Notes: a model not told the origin generated them from the letters alone. Shown: positions 51,222 to 63,122, numbered from the stretch's first letter. The stretch is DNA of 64,000 bases from Isurus oxyrinchus (GCA_026770705.1 JANJGN010000026.1:39928001-39992000); one strand, 5' to 3'. Made by a program: numbers and translations.

Positions 51222-51418
51222 CTTCAAAAAACACAGGTTAAACATTTCTTGCAGAAGAAATTGATAACAGATACAATAGTTCTTATATTTTAACAATGGA
51301 CACTACCTGGAATTTCCAGGGATCAGAACTATGCAGAGTACTATAAATGTGTTATAACCAAGGCCCTATACAGGTCAATCACAGCCTTTCTGTTTCTCAC
51401 AGGTTCCCCAACACTTAC

Positions 51419-51718
51419 ATGGCATTCCAATGCTCTTGTTTGAGACGCTGTGTCGAACCTCACACTTGATTTTGCTGCATTCTCCCTCTGACTCGGTGAT
51501 GGTTAACTGGCTGCTCATGGTGTAGGTTCCCTTCTGGTTCCTCACTGACGGGTAAGTCTTAAATCCAGTGGTGATCTGCTGCCCATCTTTCTTCCAGGTC
51601 AGGCTGGTGATTTCTGGGGAGTAGTCCATCGCCAAGCAGCCGTAGGTGACGGAGCCGTCGGTGTTGTGTTGCTGACAGGAGGAGACCAGGCTGTAGAGAG
51701 TGGGCGAAGACGGTGTCA
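51419..51718 (-). CDS. IGHM: IgM Cmu1 exon
   Basis: (V)[35 protein letters not shown]; 300 nt, phase 1-1; N-terminal Cys for light-chain bonding. Confidence 0.95.
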
Positions 51719-52274
51719 CTGGGAAAGAATGGCCGATTGAACAAGTTAGACTCTGTGATTTGTGATCATTAATTAACCAAACAACTCAAAATTTGACTAT
51801 AACTATAAACATATCCAAATATATTCCAATTGAAACCCACATCCATATTTGATCATTTATTATTTCCATTATTTGGTGACCCTCATCTGTCGGTTCCCTC
51901 TTTAGAAACCCACACCTCTTTCTCCGCCTCTATCCCATTACTAAAATAGAACATTTTGATGTCATCTGAATGACGTACCTTTCATTGGATTAAAATGGAA
52001 GAGCTGAGGATTTTACCCATTATTTCTGCCATCGTTTATTTCTCAATTAACAGCACTTGGTGATAGAGAAATTGTCTTGTCATTTATATCATTGCAGTTT
52101 GGAAATTGGCTCTGTTGAAATTGACTGATGCCCCCTCCCCTCTCCATGTCCCCCCAAAACAAAGAACAGCAATCACCCTTCGAAAGTAGCTTTGTAATGG
52201 TACCTATATAATGACCTTAGAACCCTAACTTGAATACTAGTGACAGTTAGTACGACATTTTCCAATCGTATGTA

Positions 52275-52960
52275 CATATGAACATGTGGATTAGTAGCAG
52301 GAGTAGGCCATTTGGCCTCTCTAGCCTCCTCCACCATTCACTCCGATCATAGATGATCTGATTGTGGCGTTAACTCCACATTCCCGTCTGCTCTCCGCTA
52401 ACCTTTGACTCCCTTGTCAATGAAGAATCTCTCTACCTCTGCCTTGAAATATTAATGACTCCTCCTCCATTGCTGTCTATGGAAGAGTTCCAAAGTTTCA
52501 CAACCCTTTGAGAGAAAATAAAATACCCTCATTTCCGTCTGAAATGGGAGACCTCTTATTTTTAAAATGTGTTCTCTTTCGTTAGTCTCTCTCACAAGGG
52601 GAAACATCCTTTCAGCATCCACCCTGTTAATTCCCCTCAGGATATTATATGTTTGAATAAAATGAGCTCTTATTCTTCTAAACTCCGATGGATACAGGCC
52701 CAGCCTATCCAAACTTTCCTCATAAGATAACCGACGACAACCCCAGTATCATTTGAATGAACATTCTCTGAACAACTTCTAGTGCTTTTAAATCCTTTCT
52801 TAAGTGAGACCAAATCTGTACACAGTAATTCAGACGAGGTCTCATCGCCACCCTGTTAAACTATAGTAAAATATCCTTCCATTTATAATCTATTCTCCTT
52901 ATAATAAATGCCAACACGCCCTTTGCCTTCCTCATCACTTGCTGTTCCTGTATTGTAACT
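52275..52960 (-). mobile_element. CR1 LINE 3' end in the J-C intron
   Basis: DRLGLYPSEFRR..RVDAERMFPLV; antisense CR1 3' UTR. Confidence 0.85.
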
Positions 52961-54350
52961 TTCTGCCCCTTTCCCCCTCCCTCCCCTGTGCCCTTTCCCC
53001 CCTCCTCTCTGCCCTTTCCCACATGCCTCTCTGCCCTGTTCCCCTCCTGCATCTTTGCCCTTTCCCCCTCCCGCCTCTCTGCCCATTCCCACTCCCGCCT
53101 CTCAGCCCTTTACATCCGCCGCCTCTCTGCCCTTTCTCCCCCAGGTCTCTGCGCACATTCCACTGTGCTCTGTGCTTTCACCCGGCTCTCTGACCTTTTC
53201 CACTGCTCTTTTCCCGTTCCCCTGGCTCCCTGCCCTTTCAATCGCCTCTCTGCCCTTTCCCCCTCCCACCTCTCTGCCCTTTCCCCCTCCCGCCTCTCTG
53301 CCCTTACACCCTCGCCTCTCTGCCCTTACTCCAGCTCACTGCCCTTTCCCTCGCCTCTCTGCCCTTCCCCCCTCTACCTCTCTGCCCACCCTCCTCTCTG
53401 CCCTTTCCCCCGCCGCCTCTCTGCCCTTTCCCCCACCTACATTCCTGCCCTTTCCTCCTGCCACCTCTCTGCCATTTCCCCTCGCCTCTCTGCCTGTCCC
53501 ACTCTCCACTTCTCTCCCCTGTCACCCCTCCACCTCTTTGCCCTCCCGCCTCTCTGCCCTTTCCATCTCCTGCCTCTCTGCACTCCCCCCCACGCCTCTC
53601 TGCCTTTTCTCACCCAGCTCTCTGCATTACCTCCACGGCTCTCTGTGCTTTCGCCCGGCTCTCTGACCTTTCCCATTAGCTCTCTGCCTGTTCCCCAGCA
53701 TGCTGATCTTTCGGTCGCCTCTCTGCCATTTCCATTGCCTCTCTGCCCATCCCACACCCCGCTTCTCTGCCCTCCTGCCTCTCTGCCCTTTCCTCCTCCC
53801 ACCTCTCTTCCCTTTCCCCCTACCGCCTCTCTGCCCTTTCCCCCTACTGCCTCTCTGCTCTTTTCCCCTCACACCTCTGAGCACTTTCTCCCCACCTCTC
53901 CGCCCTTTCTCCCTCCCGCCTCTCTGCCCTTTCCCCCTCCCGCCTCTCTGCCCTTTCCTCCTTCTGCCTCTCTGCCCTTTCCCCCTCCCGCCTCTCTGCC
54001 CTTTCCTCCTTCTGCCTCTCTGCCCTTTCCCCCTCCCGCCTCTATGCCCTTCCCTCCATCTCTCTGCCCTTCCCCCCCACCTCTCTGCTCTTTCCATCGT
54101 CTCTCTGCCCTTCTTCCTCCCCCGCCTCTCTGCCCTTTCACTGGCTTGCCGACCTTTCCCCCTGCTTGCTGACCTTTGCCCCATCCCAAAGCACTTTCTG
54201 CTGGATCCCTGCTCTTTTCCCCGACTCTCTACCCTTGCCCCCCAACACCCCCACCTCCTCCACCCCCCCCGGCTCTCTGCTATTTTCCCCGCCTCCCTGC
54301 CCTTTCCCCAGGCTCTCCGAGCTTTACCCCCACCGCCTCCCTGCACTTTC
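52961..54350 (-). repeat. G-rich ~24-bp minisatellite (AAAGGGCAGAGAGGCGGGAGGGGG on the IgH sense strand)
   Basis: Plus strand repeats CCCCCTCCCGCCTCTCTGCCCTTT imperfectly over ~1.4 kb. Confidence 0.9.
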
Positions 54351-54504
54351 CAACCAAGCTCATCGCTCCCTTCAGCCATGCTCCACTTTCTGACACTGCT
54401 AGGCCTCAGACCTCGCTTCCAGGTCTCACTTCCCCGCAGTTCCCGCCCTCCCACACACCGATTTATGAAAAGTGATCGAATGAGTGAGCATGTGCATGTT
54501 TGAC

Positions 54505-55180
54505 AAAGTGAGGGTGGCTGAGTGAGTGAGGGTGGGTGGTGAGTGAAGGCATGAGTGAGGGTGGGTGGTGAATGGGCGTGGGTGGGTGTCTGAATGTGGG
54601 TGAGTGAGGGTGGGTGATTGAATGAGGGTAGTTGAGTGGCTGTGAGCATTGGTGGTATGTGAGGGTAGGTATGTGAGTGAGGGTGAGTGGGTATGTGAGG
54701 GTACGTAGATGAGTTATTGAGTGTCAGTGAAGGTAGGTGAGTGAGGATGGGAGGGTGAGTGAGGGTGAGTGAGTGAAGGTTAAAGTAATTAATGGTGAGT
54801 GAATGAGGCTGAGTGAAGCTGGGTGATTGAGTGACTGTGAGTGAGTGTGAGTGAGGGTGAGTGAGTGAGGGTGAGTGAGTGAGGGTGGGTGAGTGTGAGT
54901 GAGGGTGCATGAGTGAGGGTGCATGAGTGAGGGTGCGTGAGTGAGGATGCATGAGTGAGGGTGGGTGAGTGAAGGTGATTGAGTGAGTGAGGGTGAGTGA
55001 GTGATGGTGTGTGAGGGTGAGTGATTGTGGGTAGTGAGGGTGAGTGAGTGAGTGAGGGTGAGTGAATGTGAGTGATTGTAGGTAGTGAGGGTGAGTGAGT
55101 GAGTGAGGGTGAGTGAGTGAGTGAGGGTGAGTGAGTGAGTGAGTGATTGTAGGTAGTGAGGGTGAGTGAGTGAGTGAGGG
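54505..55180 (+). repeat. (GAGT)n/(GTGAGG)n simple repeat
   Basis: TGAGTGAGGGTGAG tandem array. Confidence 0.9.
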
Positions 55181-55345
55181 TGCCCAGGTGCTCATCAAGG
55201 TGATGTTTTTCCAGATGATTTTCTGCTCAGGCTCAGCTTTCCATTGCCTGTTGTCCACAACCGAGCTGGGGGCTCCTCCATTCGGCTCCACCTCCATCTC
55301 CACCTCCTCCTCTTCCCCTCCATCGACCCTGTCCCGATTCTCCAT
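55176..55345 (-). pseudogene. Stearoyl-CoA desaturase-like first-exon fragment
   Basis: MENRDR..EPEQKIIWKNITLMS, then after a frameshift HLGTL; resembles the SCD motif (I/V)WRN(I/V).LMSLLHLGA. Confidence 0.55.
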
Positions 55346-55742
55346 ATTGATCAGCTTTCAGTAACACCGGCTGTGTAAAGTCAGGCAGCAGTGCAGATCG
55401 CTGACCAGCTGCCAATTCCTTTCTTTGAGAAACCCATGTCAGTGTGCGAATAGGCAGACTGAGGGGGCTGGAGGGGAAGGTTACAGCAAAACCAGGATGA
55501 GCTGTGCAGGCATCTTGCACCAAGTGTGCACCAGTATTGGGGATCAAGGCAGCCGTGGTCTCCATCACATTCCTCCCTTTTTCTTGTTTCTTTGTGTTTG
55601 GTTCAACACTTGGAAATTCTCCACATATATAGTGATGTCACCTGTGTAATTTCATTTTACACAAAAAGACATCAGAAATGGAACAATGAACATGCCTGCA
55701 GCTTAACGGATTTTCTTTCTGAAGTTAGCATTTTCAGTCCAT

Positions 55743-56054
55743 NNNNNNNNNNNNNNNNNNNNNNNNNNNNNNNNNNNNNNNNNNNNNNNNNNNNNNNNNN
55801 NNNNNNNNNNNNNNNNNNNNNNNNNNNNNNNNNNNNNNNNNNNNNNNNNNNNNNNNNNNNNNNNNNNNNNNNNNNAAGGAGAGTGTCATAGAGAGTATAA
55901 GTGTGAGAGTGTCTGAGATANNNNNNNNNNNNNNNNNNNNNNNNNNNNNNNNNNNNNNNNNNNNNNNNNNNNNNNNNNNNNNNNNNNNNNNNNNNNNNNN
56001 NNNNNNNNNNNNNNNNNNNNNNNNNNNNNNNNNNNNNNNNNNNNNNNNNNNNNN
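55743..56054. other. Assembly gaps (N runs 55743-55875 and 55921-56054)
   Basis: N characters. Confidence 1.
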
Positions 56055-56765
56055 AGGTAGTATAAGTGTGAGAGAGAGAGAGTGTGTGTGGGAGAGAAAG
56101 AGTGTGTGAAAGAGAGAGCCAGTGTGTGGGTCAGAAAGAGAGAGAGAGAGATTGTGAGAGGGAGAGAATGAGAGAGTCTGTGTGTGAGAGGAACAGTGTC
56201 GATATGTGTGAGAGGGAATGTGTTTGTGTTTCTGTGTGCATGAGAGAGAGAGAATGAGGATGTGTGTGTGAGAGAGAGTGTTATGTGTCTGTGTGTGAGA
56301 GAGGGTGAGATTTGAGAGAATGGATGTGTTTGGGAGAGAGGGTGGATGTATGTGAGAGAGAGAGAGTGGGTGTGCATAACAGAGAGGGTGTGTGCGTGTA
56401 TGTGAGAGAGAGAATGCATGTGTGAGAGTGCATGTGTGAAGAAGACAGAGTGCATGTATGTGTGAGGAAGAGAGTGTGTATGTGTGTGCACGGTTGAGAG
56501 AGTATGTGTATGAGAGAATGTGGGTGTCTGTGTGAGAGTGTGTGTGAAAGAGAGAGGCAATGTGTGAGAGACAGTGTGTGCGTGTTAAAGGGAGTTTGTG
56601 TGACAAAGAGAGAATGTGTGTGTGTGACAGAGAGAGAAAGAGAGAGTGTATGTCTGTCAGAGAGAGTGCGTGAGAGAGTGTGTGCACGTGTGTGAGAGAG
56701 AGCGTGTGTGACAGAGAGAGTGAGCGAGTGGGGGTGTGTGGTAAAGAGACTGAGTCTGTGTGTCG
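56055..56765 (+). repeat. (GA)n/(GT)n compound microsatellite
   Basis: GAGAGA/GTGTGT mosaic. Confidence 0.9.
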
Positions 56766-57589
56766 ATGTAGATGAACCATGATCTTACTGAATGGAGGGC
56801 AGGATCGAAGGGCCGAATGTCCTCCTCATGCTCTCATTTCTGTCATTCATTCCTCCCCATGCAGGCGGCAATCCAATGGCTCAGTTTTTGATGGTGGCTC
56901 CTTTTCCCCAAATCCACCGCGGCTGGTTATTTGGAGCGGGAGTCTAGTCATTGTCCATTTCAGTCGTTTAAATAACTCACAGCCTCTGAGCAGATCAGAA
57001 CAGGCGCTGCTCTCTGGAACCTCACTGTCACTCCCTGATTCTGTTCGTTCTGAAATTGTGCTCAAGTTCAGGTCACTCACATTCAATGATTTTCTGATAC
57101 TCAAAATGCTTAAACATAATTAATTCATTAAAATTTATACATGTTCTCTGCAGAAATATTGTTAAAAACAATTAACGTGCGTCATTTAAACCGAGCAATG
57201 GAACAATTTATTTTCACAGATCTGGCTCGAGAACCCACAACCAGTTCATTCGATGCTGATTCAGTTTGTTTGACCTCTGCAGGGAAAAGACTCTCAGGTA
57301 AGGAACAGGACAAATTAAGACATGGATTAAAGCCCCCACTCCTCCCCCAGTACACTCCTGTCATCAGCTGCAAGGGTGGGATTCAACAGAAAGCCAACTC
57401 TCCACTGAATTGTCAAACACTCCGGGTCAGGTACAGCACTGGTTTGACATAAAATAAAACTCTCTCTACATTGTTCCATCAAATATGCCCAGGAGAGGGT
57501 TCAATCCAGTTTTGATATAAGTGCTGTGCTGCAGGATCCGGTCAGAGGCGGGGAATTCTGTGGCGAGGAATTCAACACCTATCGCCCAA

Positions 57590-58100
57590 AGAAAACTGAC
57601 CATCTACAAGGCACAAGTAAGGACTGGGATTGAATAGCTTCCACTTGCCTCGATGTGTGAAACTTCAAACAACCCCAAGAAACTCGATACTATCCAGGAC
57701 AAAGCAGCCCACAGAATTGGTACCCCATCCACTACGTTAAACTTTCACTCCCTCCCCCACCGACGCACAGTGACATCAGTGTGTACCATATACAAGATTC
57801 AATGCAGCAACTCGCCAAGGCTCCTTCAAAACCCGCAACCTCTCCTAATTAGAAGGATAAGGGCAGCAGGTGCTTGGAAACACCTGTATGTTCCCTCCAA
57901 GACAATGAACATCCTGACTTGGAACTATATCGCCGTCCCTTCACTTTCAATGGGTCAAAATCCTGGAACTCCTGACCTAACAGAACTGTGAGTGAACTTG
58001 CGGCTATTCAAGGATGTGGCATTTCAACACTTCCTCAAGGATGGGCAGTTAGGATGGGCAACAAAGGCTGGCCTTGCCAGCGACCCCAACATTCTATGAT
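57590..58100 (+). mobile_element. LINE 3' end fragment (tail shared with the SINEs)
   Basis: TIYKAQVR, KKLDTIQDKAA, HSLPHRRTV. Confidence 0.7.
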
Positions 58101-61100
58101 AGGATTAAAAATAAGATACAGGCTAATTTCTTCCTCCGCATTGTCCAACCAAATAGGTCAAGGACTGCTACAGCACGGATTAAAAAAGAATAAAACTCTC
58201 TGCATTGCCTAGCCGAACACTCCCAAGACAGGTACATCACTGGCTTAAATCGACCAAATCTCCTTCGACAGTCTGTCTGTCGTTTCTGAATTGTCCTTTC
58301 TGACTGTCAGAATAGATTGGGCATCTCATTTCTGAGCCACTTGGTCAAAAAATCAGACATTCACATTTCTCACAAATACAAGTTTTGTGAGGAAATAAAT
58401 CAAACTGCACTTCCTGAAATACAGGAGAGCGAACCAGCAGGTTAACAACCAGCCAGGAAGATTCCTGGTCCCAGCACAGTGACCACGCTCACAGAAACAG
58501 AACTGACACAAATGGTGCAACAATCGAGTTCCCAGCAGATAGATCTGTTCAATCTGTCCATTTCATTCAAGCTGTTTGATTCTAATTGGTCAATTTGCTA
58601 CAATTATTCTATGACTTCTTTGAAATAAAAAATGATTTTCATTTCAAAACTCCCTTTGAAGTCTATCTAATTCTCTTTCTGACTCAAATCTCCAAACAAT
58701 GTACGATTTGTTACCCTGAAAATGAGCACACAAATACTAGAGATTCAGGATAACTGGTTGTCCGTAACAAAGACTCAATGACAGGGTGAGAATTAAACAA
58801 ATCAGGAAACATTCACATTGAAAACCCATTACCCACTGATTTGATTTGATTTTAGGTATAAATATAACCAATAAAAACATCAAGGCAAAACACCTTACCG
58901 AGGTGAGCACAGCTGAATCAGAAAAGTATTCTTTTCTGAATTCATTTTGGATACAATTCAAAATTCTCTCCACCCTTTGAGATTTTACATTCACTATAAT
59001 GTCCAGTGTACTATTTAATTGTTGGAGTTCATTTAGGTTGAATTAATTACCATAAATATTATATTGTAAGTTAATTATCTTGTTATTATCAATTCATTTT
59101 CTTGTTAGCTGATTTCTACTTTATAATAAAAATAGTTTTCAATAAGTGAAAATTTGTTCCTCCCTGGTACTTTGTGAAATAATTGGGGCTTATTTAAATC
59201 AACCTGTCACTGAAACAATGTTGAACAATATACTTCAAAGTACTAGATGGTAACATTCAGGCAAATATATCAATTTTACTTAAATCTGATCAATATTTAC
59301 TATTTTATTTTTACTTCTCCTGCTCTGTTTTAATGGACAAAATTGTAAACTATGCGTTTCTGAACGCATTGAGAAATCATAAATTCCATTTATTCTCATC
59401 GAGTAATTCACACGACGAATTTATGAGTTCAATATTTGAAACACTTTGCATTAACTGTCGATGAGGTATAATATCATCAGTTTGCTGAATCAAATTTGCC
59501 TTAACTCCAAGCTATATGTAAACAAATGTTCCTGGCTGTTACTTATTATCAATGAAAGTGCTTCCTAGATAACAATCCCTATAATTTAATTGTTAAATAT
59601 ATTGTTCACTGAAAGAAGATCCAAATTGATCAGTAAAAAATTTTATGAGAATAATTCATTCAGATCATCTGCGCCACTGAAATATAACCGGCAAATTGAT
59701 TCCAGATTTTGTTCTTCAATTTAATATTTAATAAGAATTAAGCATGAATCTCAGATATAATCTGTTCTTCTCCTATAATTCTATCCCGTGTACAGCACGG
59801 CTACGGGAGACAGGATGTTGTCATTAAGTTCAAATGTTTGCAATTAAATTAATCTGTTCGAATTTCAAGCTTTTACTTGTCAGTCTCTATTTATATGCGG
59901 TCTGCACCTTCCTTCAGTTCAAAAAAATGTAAGAACAATTCCTTTACTGCCAGCGAATTACCCCCAGTAAACTATTTAAAATTAGATTAGTGACAATTAT
60001 CTCGCTATCCAAATCCCAATGACATTGAAGGAATAATATGGTTACGGCTGCACAGAAAGAATGTAATAACCGAATAGACATATTGCCAAACTGCAATATC
60101 AAACTCCTCTTTAAGACAATGCAAATGTTATCAGGGATATAAAAAAGTAATTCAAAATCTCTTTTGAAACTGAATAATTCTATAGAGTCAGTATATTCTT
60201 ACTGAAACTTTTCATGCATAATCACAAAATATTTCCAACCTAAAAACTTTCCCGATCATGTTAATTGTGCGCAGAGCACAGCAGAGTTGTGAAAGGCAAC
60301 TAATGATCAATTAGGTTAATATGAAAGCTGTTCCGTCAATATGGAGAAATATTAATACATTGTAATTGTTTGAATTGTATTAATTTTACTCTACAACTTG
60401 AAAACTTGGTAATTGTATAGTTTCTGATCGCAGTAAGGAATTAAGTTCTGAATGAGCGTCATAATCCATGGTTTAGTTTATTCTGCAATTATCACTTAAA
60501 ATAAAGACAAAATGTTCTAACACATCTGTAAATGCTTTTTTGCCCATTTCTGAAGCCTGTTTGTTTTCTGCCGACAATCGCGCTTCAAGCAGATTCAATC
60601 GCAAAATGTGTAACCGCTCAATATCACCGAGTTTAAACAAAGCAGAAACAATGCAGAACCGCCAAACCGTTTCACAAATTCTACTTATTCAAAGTCACCC
60701 AGACACACAACCTCCTCAGCAGAAAAACAGCAAATCACATCACTGAGGGCCTGAAACCCATTTCACGGAGAAGCAGCTCAATTGTACAAACACTTCCAAC
60801 AGAATCCAATGCAACATTGCAAGAAAATCTCAATATCGAATCCAGACAACCCGCTCGTCACCAAATGAATGAATAATTAAACTAAACAGAAATATGGAAT
60901 AATGTCAACAGCATTGTGAGTAGGCAGAACATGTTCAATAAATTAATACTGAAACTTAAGCATATTTTGTTAATATGGTTTGATTTCAAATCTATTTAAA
61001 CTCTTGTGCAACAGATGGTAAAACAGGCAGCCATTAGATGTCACCGAGATTAAACATTGCAGAAACGTCAAACTGTTTTTACAAACGTTAGATATTTCAA

Positions 61101-61359
61101 GTAGCCAGGCCACATAGTATCCTCAGCAGATAAACACCAAATCACAACGACCAGGGTCTCAATCCCTCAGCAGCACCATTTTATCATGACACAGCGGAAT
61201 TATATAACTCAATTTCAGCAGAATCACATGAAACATTGTAAAAAATTCTGCATACAGAATCCACCAAACCCAGTTTTCATTGGCTAAATGAATTATTAAA
61301 ATAGACAAAAAAGCAAAGACTCGAATAAAACAGTTACTAAATAAATGTGTGGTTCTTAC

Positions 61360-61407
61360 CTGCAGTCACGGTCACCATGGTCCCTTGGCCCCAGTCGTCC
61401 ATAGCGT
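61360..61407 (-). CDS. IGHJ: JH segment
   Basis: AMDDWGQGTMVTVTA, WGxG motif, G|GTAAG donor. Confidence 0.97.
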
Positions 61408-61446
61408 CACAGTGTTACATTCCCTGGGCTGTGCCATACAATAACT
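61408..61446 (+). promoter_or_regulatory. JH 23-RSS
   Basis: CACAGTG + 23 nt + ACAATAACT. Confidence 0.9.
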
Positions 61447-61775
61447 GTCCTTGCACCAAAAAGACAGAAATCCACCATTATTTTAAAGATTCATAAGTCA
61501 GAGGCAAAGTAAGATCACGACGAATCTTCACGAAATGATATTTGCGTTTGTGGATATCTTTAGCTATTCATCAATGATCCTCATCTTTTATAATTCACAG
61601 AATAACACATGAACATGTTATTGAAATCACCAATTGATGTATGGATAATTATCCCAGCTTTTCCATCTTAAACCATGCTTTTTGGGCAGTGCTGGGTAGA
61701 AATAATACTTCATTGTAAATATAGCAGGATTATGAAAGCGAGCACTGAACCCGGCAGAGTCAATTAGAGCTGAGG

Positions 61776-61844
61776 GGTTTTTGTATTGACAGTAACTGCT
61801 GTGCCACCCAGTATATCACAGTGAGACACACCATGTCAAATACT
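61776..61844 (-). other. IGHD: D2 segment (61804-61816, ATATACTGGGTGG) flanked by 12-RSS and 12-RSS
   Basis: GGTTTTTGT-12-TGCTGTG [D] CACAGTG-12-TCAAATACT. Confidence 0.95.
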
Positions 61845-62155
61845 GCGGCACACTTTTAACTGTAAATACAGAGATTTAATCTCACTGCGCTCTCAAAAAC
61901 CTGATCCTGACTCGCCTAAGAGTAAACCAGTGAGATATTTCAGCTTGTGCTGGTCATTATATTTATCAACGCGATTGGAGTTCTTTAAAAGCCTCGGTGA
62001 AGATTTAGCGTGTCCGTAAACACAAACAAAGCGGAAGACTTTTATATATTTTTACAAGTCAAGTATTACTTATACCCATTATTTTATTTAGCTTCCATTT
62101 TCTTTGACTTTTCCTGTTGTGATCGTGATCACCAATTTGAACAAACTCTTTCTGA

Positions 62156-62234
62156 GGTTTTTGTACGAGGATGTCGCTGTGCACAGCACTGTGATCCCCG
62201 TAGTATCACAGTGAAATACACCCACACAAAAACT
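62156..62234 (-). other. IGHD: D1 segment (62194-62206, ATACTACGGGGAT) with 5' 12-RSS and 3' 22-RSS
   Basis: GGTTTTTGT-22-CACTGTG [D] CACAGTG-12-ACAAAAACT. Confidence 0.95.
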
Positions 62235-62604
62235 GCACCCACACTCTGATCAGTGCTGCCTCTCAATATTCACTTCAAATAGACGTTTACTTCTGATCTA
62301 GTTTGGTATTTATGCAGCAATTTACAAAACTCAATGAACAGTGATTCCCTCCAAGTATCAGACATGTTAATATGAACATTATATCCAGGTCTGTAAATGC
62401 GGAAACTGTTAACAGTAAATATAAACGCAGCCAAAAGCTCAGCCCATTATATCAATTGGTTTGTTAGGTTTTACTGTTAAATTTGCTGTTTTACGTTTGT
62501 CAGAAGCGACTTGTTGTCGGGTTCTGATCATTACAGTTAATATTACATTTAAAACAAGTACTGACCGTCAGGTTACGATGAAAGTTGTTGAGTTTCTCTC
62601 GATC

Positions 62605-62643
62605 TGTTCTTGTTCGGGTCCAGCCCTGGTCCCTCTCGCTGTG
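62605..62643 (-). promoter_or_regulatory. VH 23-RSS
   Basis: CACAGCG + 23 nt + ACAAGAACA. Confidence 0.9.
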
Positions 62644-62948
62644 GTCTTTTGCACAGTAATAGATGGCGGTGTCTTCCGTTTTCAGGCTCGTCATGTCCAA
62701 GGAGAAGATGCTCCTTGAAGTGTCTTTGGACGCAGTGAATCGATTCTTAATTGCTGGGGCGTAGTTGTTGCTGGATGAACTATAGTAGTAAACCAGCCAC
62801 TCCAGCCCCTGTCCGGGAACCTGTCGGACCCAGTACATGCTGTAGCTGCCAAGATTGAAGCCGCTGGTTTTACAGGTCAGTCTCAGGGAGCCTCCGGGAC
62901 GCCCGGTCTCTGCCTCTGGCTGAGTCAACGCAACCTCCGACTGGACAC
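62644..62948 (-). CDS. IGHV: VH exon
   Basis: (C)[60 protein letters not shown]; both Cys and Trp intact; tttttacag acceptor. Confidence 0.97.
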
Positions 62949-63076
62949 CTGTAAAAATATATCAAAAGCCCGGAGGATTAATCCTGGTGAAATGATTTCT
63001 GACTCTGCAACATTTCAGAGAGAGACTAACACTGAGACAATAACAGTGAGAGACTTGGACAATAAAAACTACTCAC

Positions 63077-63122
63077 AGGATAAGAAGGTCAGCAACAAAC
63101 TGAGAGAAATCGCCGACCTCAT
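63077..63122 (-). CDS. IGHV: VH leader exon
   Basis: MRSAISLSLLLTFLS + T|gtgagt, 46 nt, phase 1 matching the V exon. Confidence 0.95.

Noticed and set aside
52935-55345. Long ORFs of 203-572 aa (Pro/Leu/Ser- or Gly/Arg/His-rich)
   Set aside because: Artefacts of stop-free simple repeats; only the first ~55 codons at 55345 look like real coding sequence
55526-56780. ORFs of 121-348 aa
   Set aside because: Read through N gaps and GA/GT microsatellite
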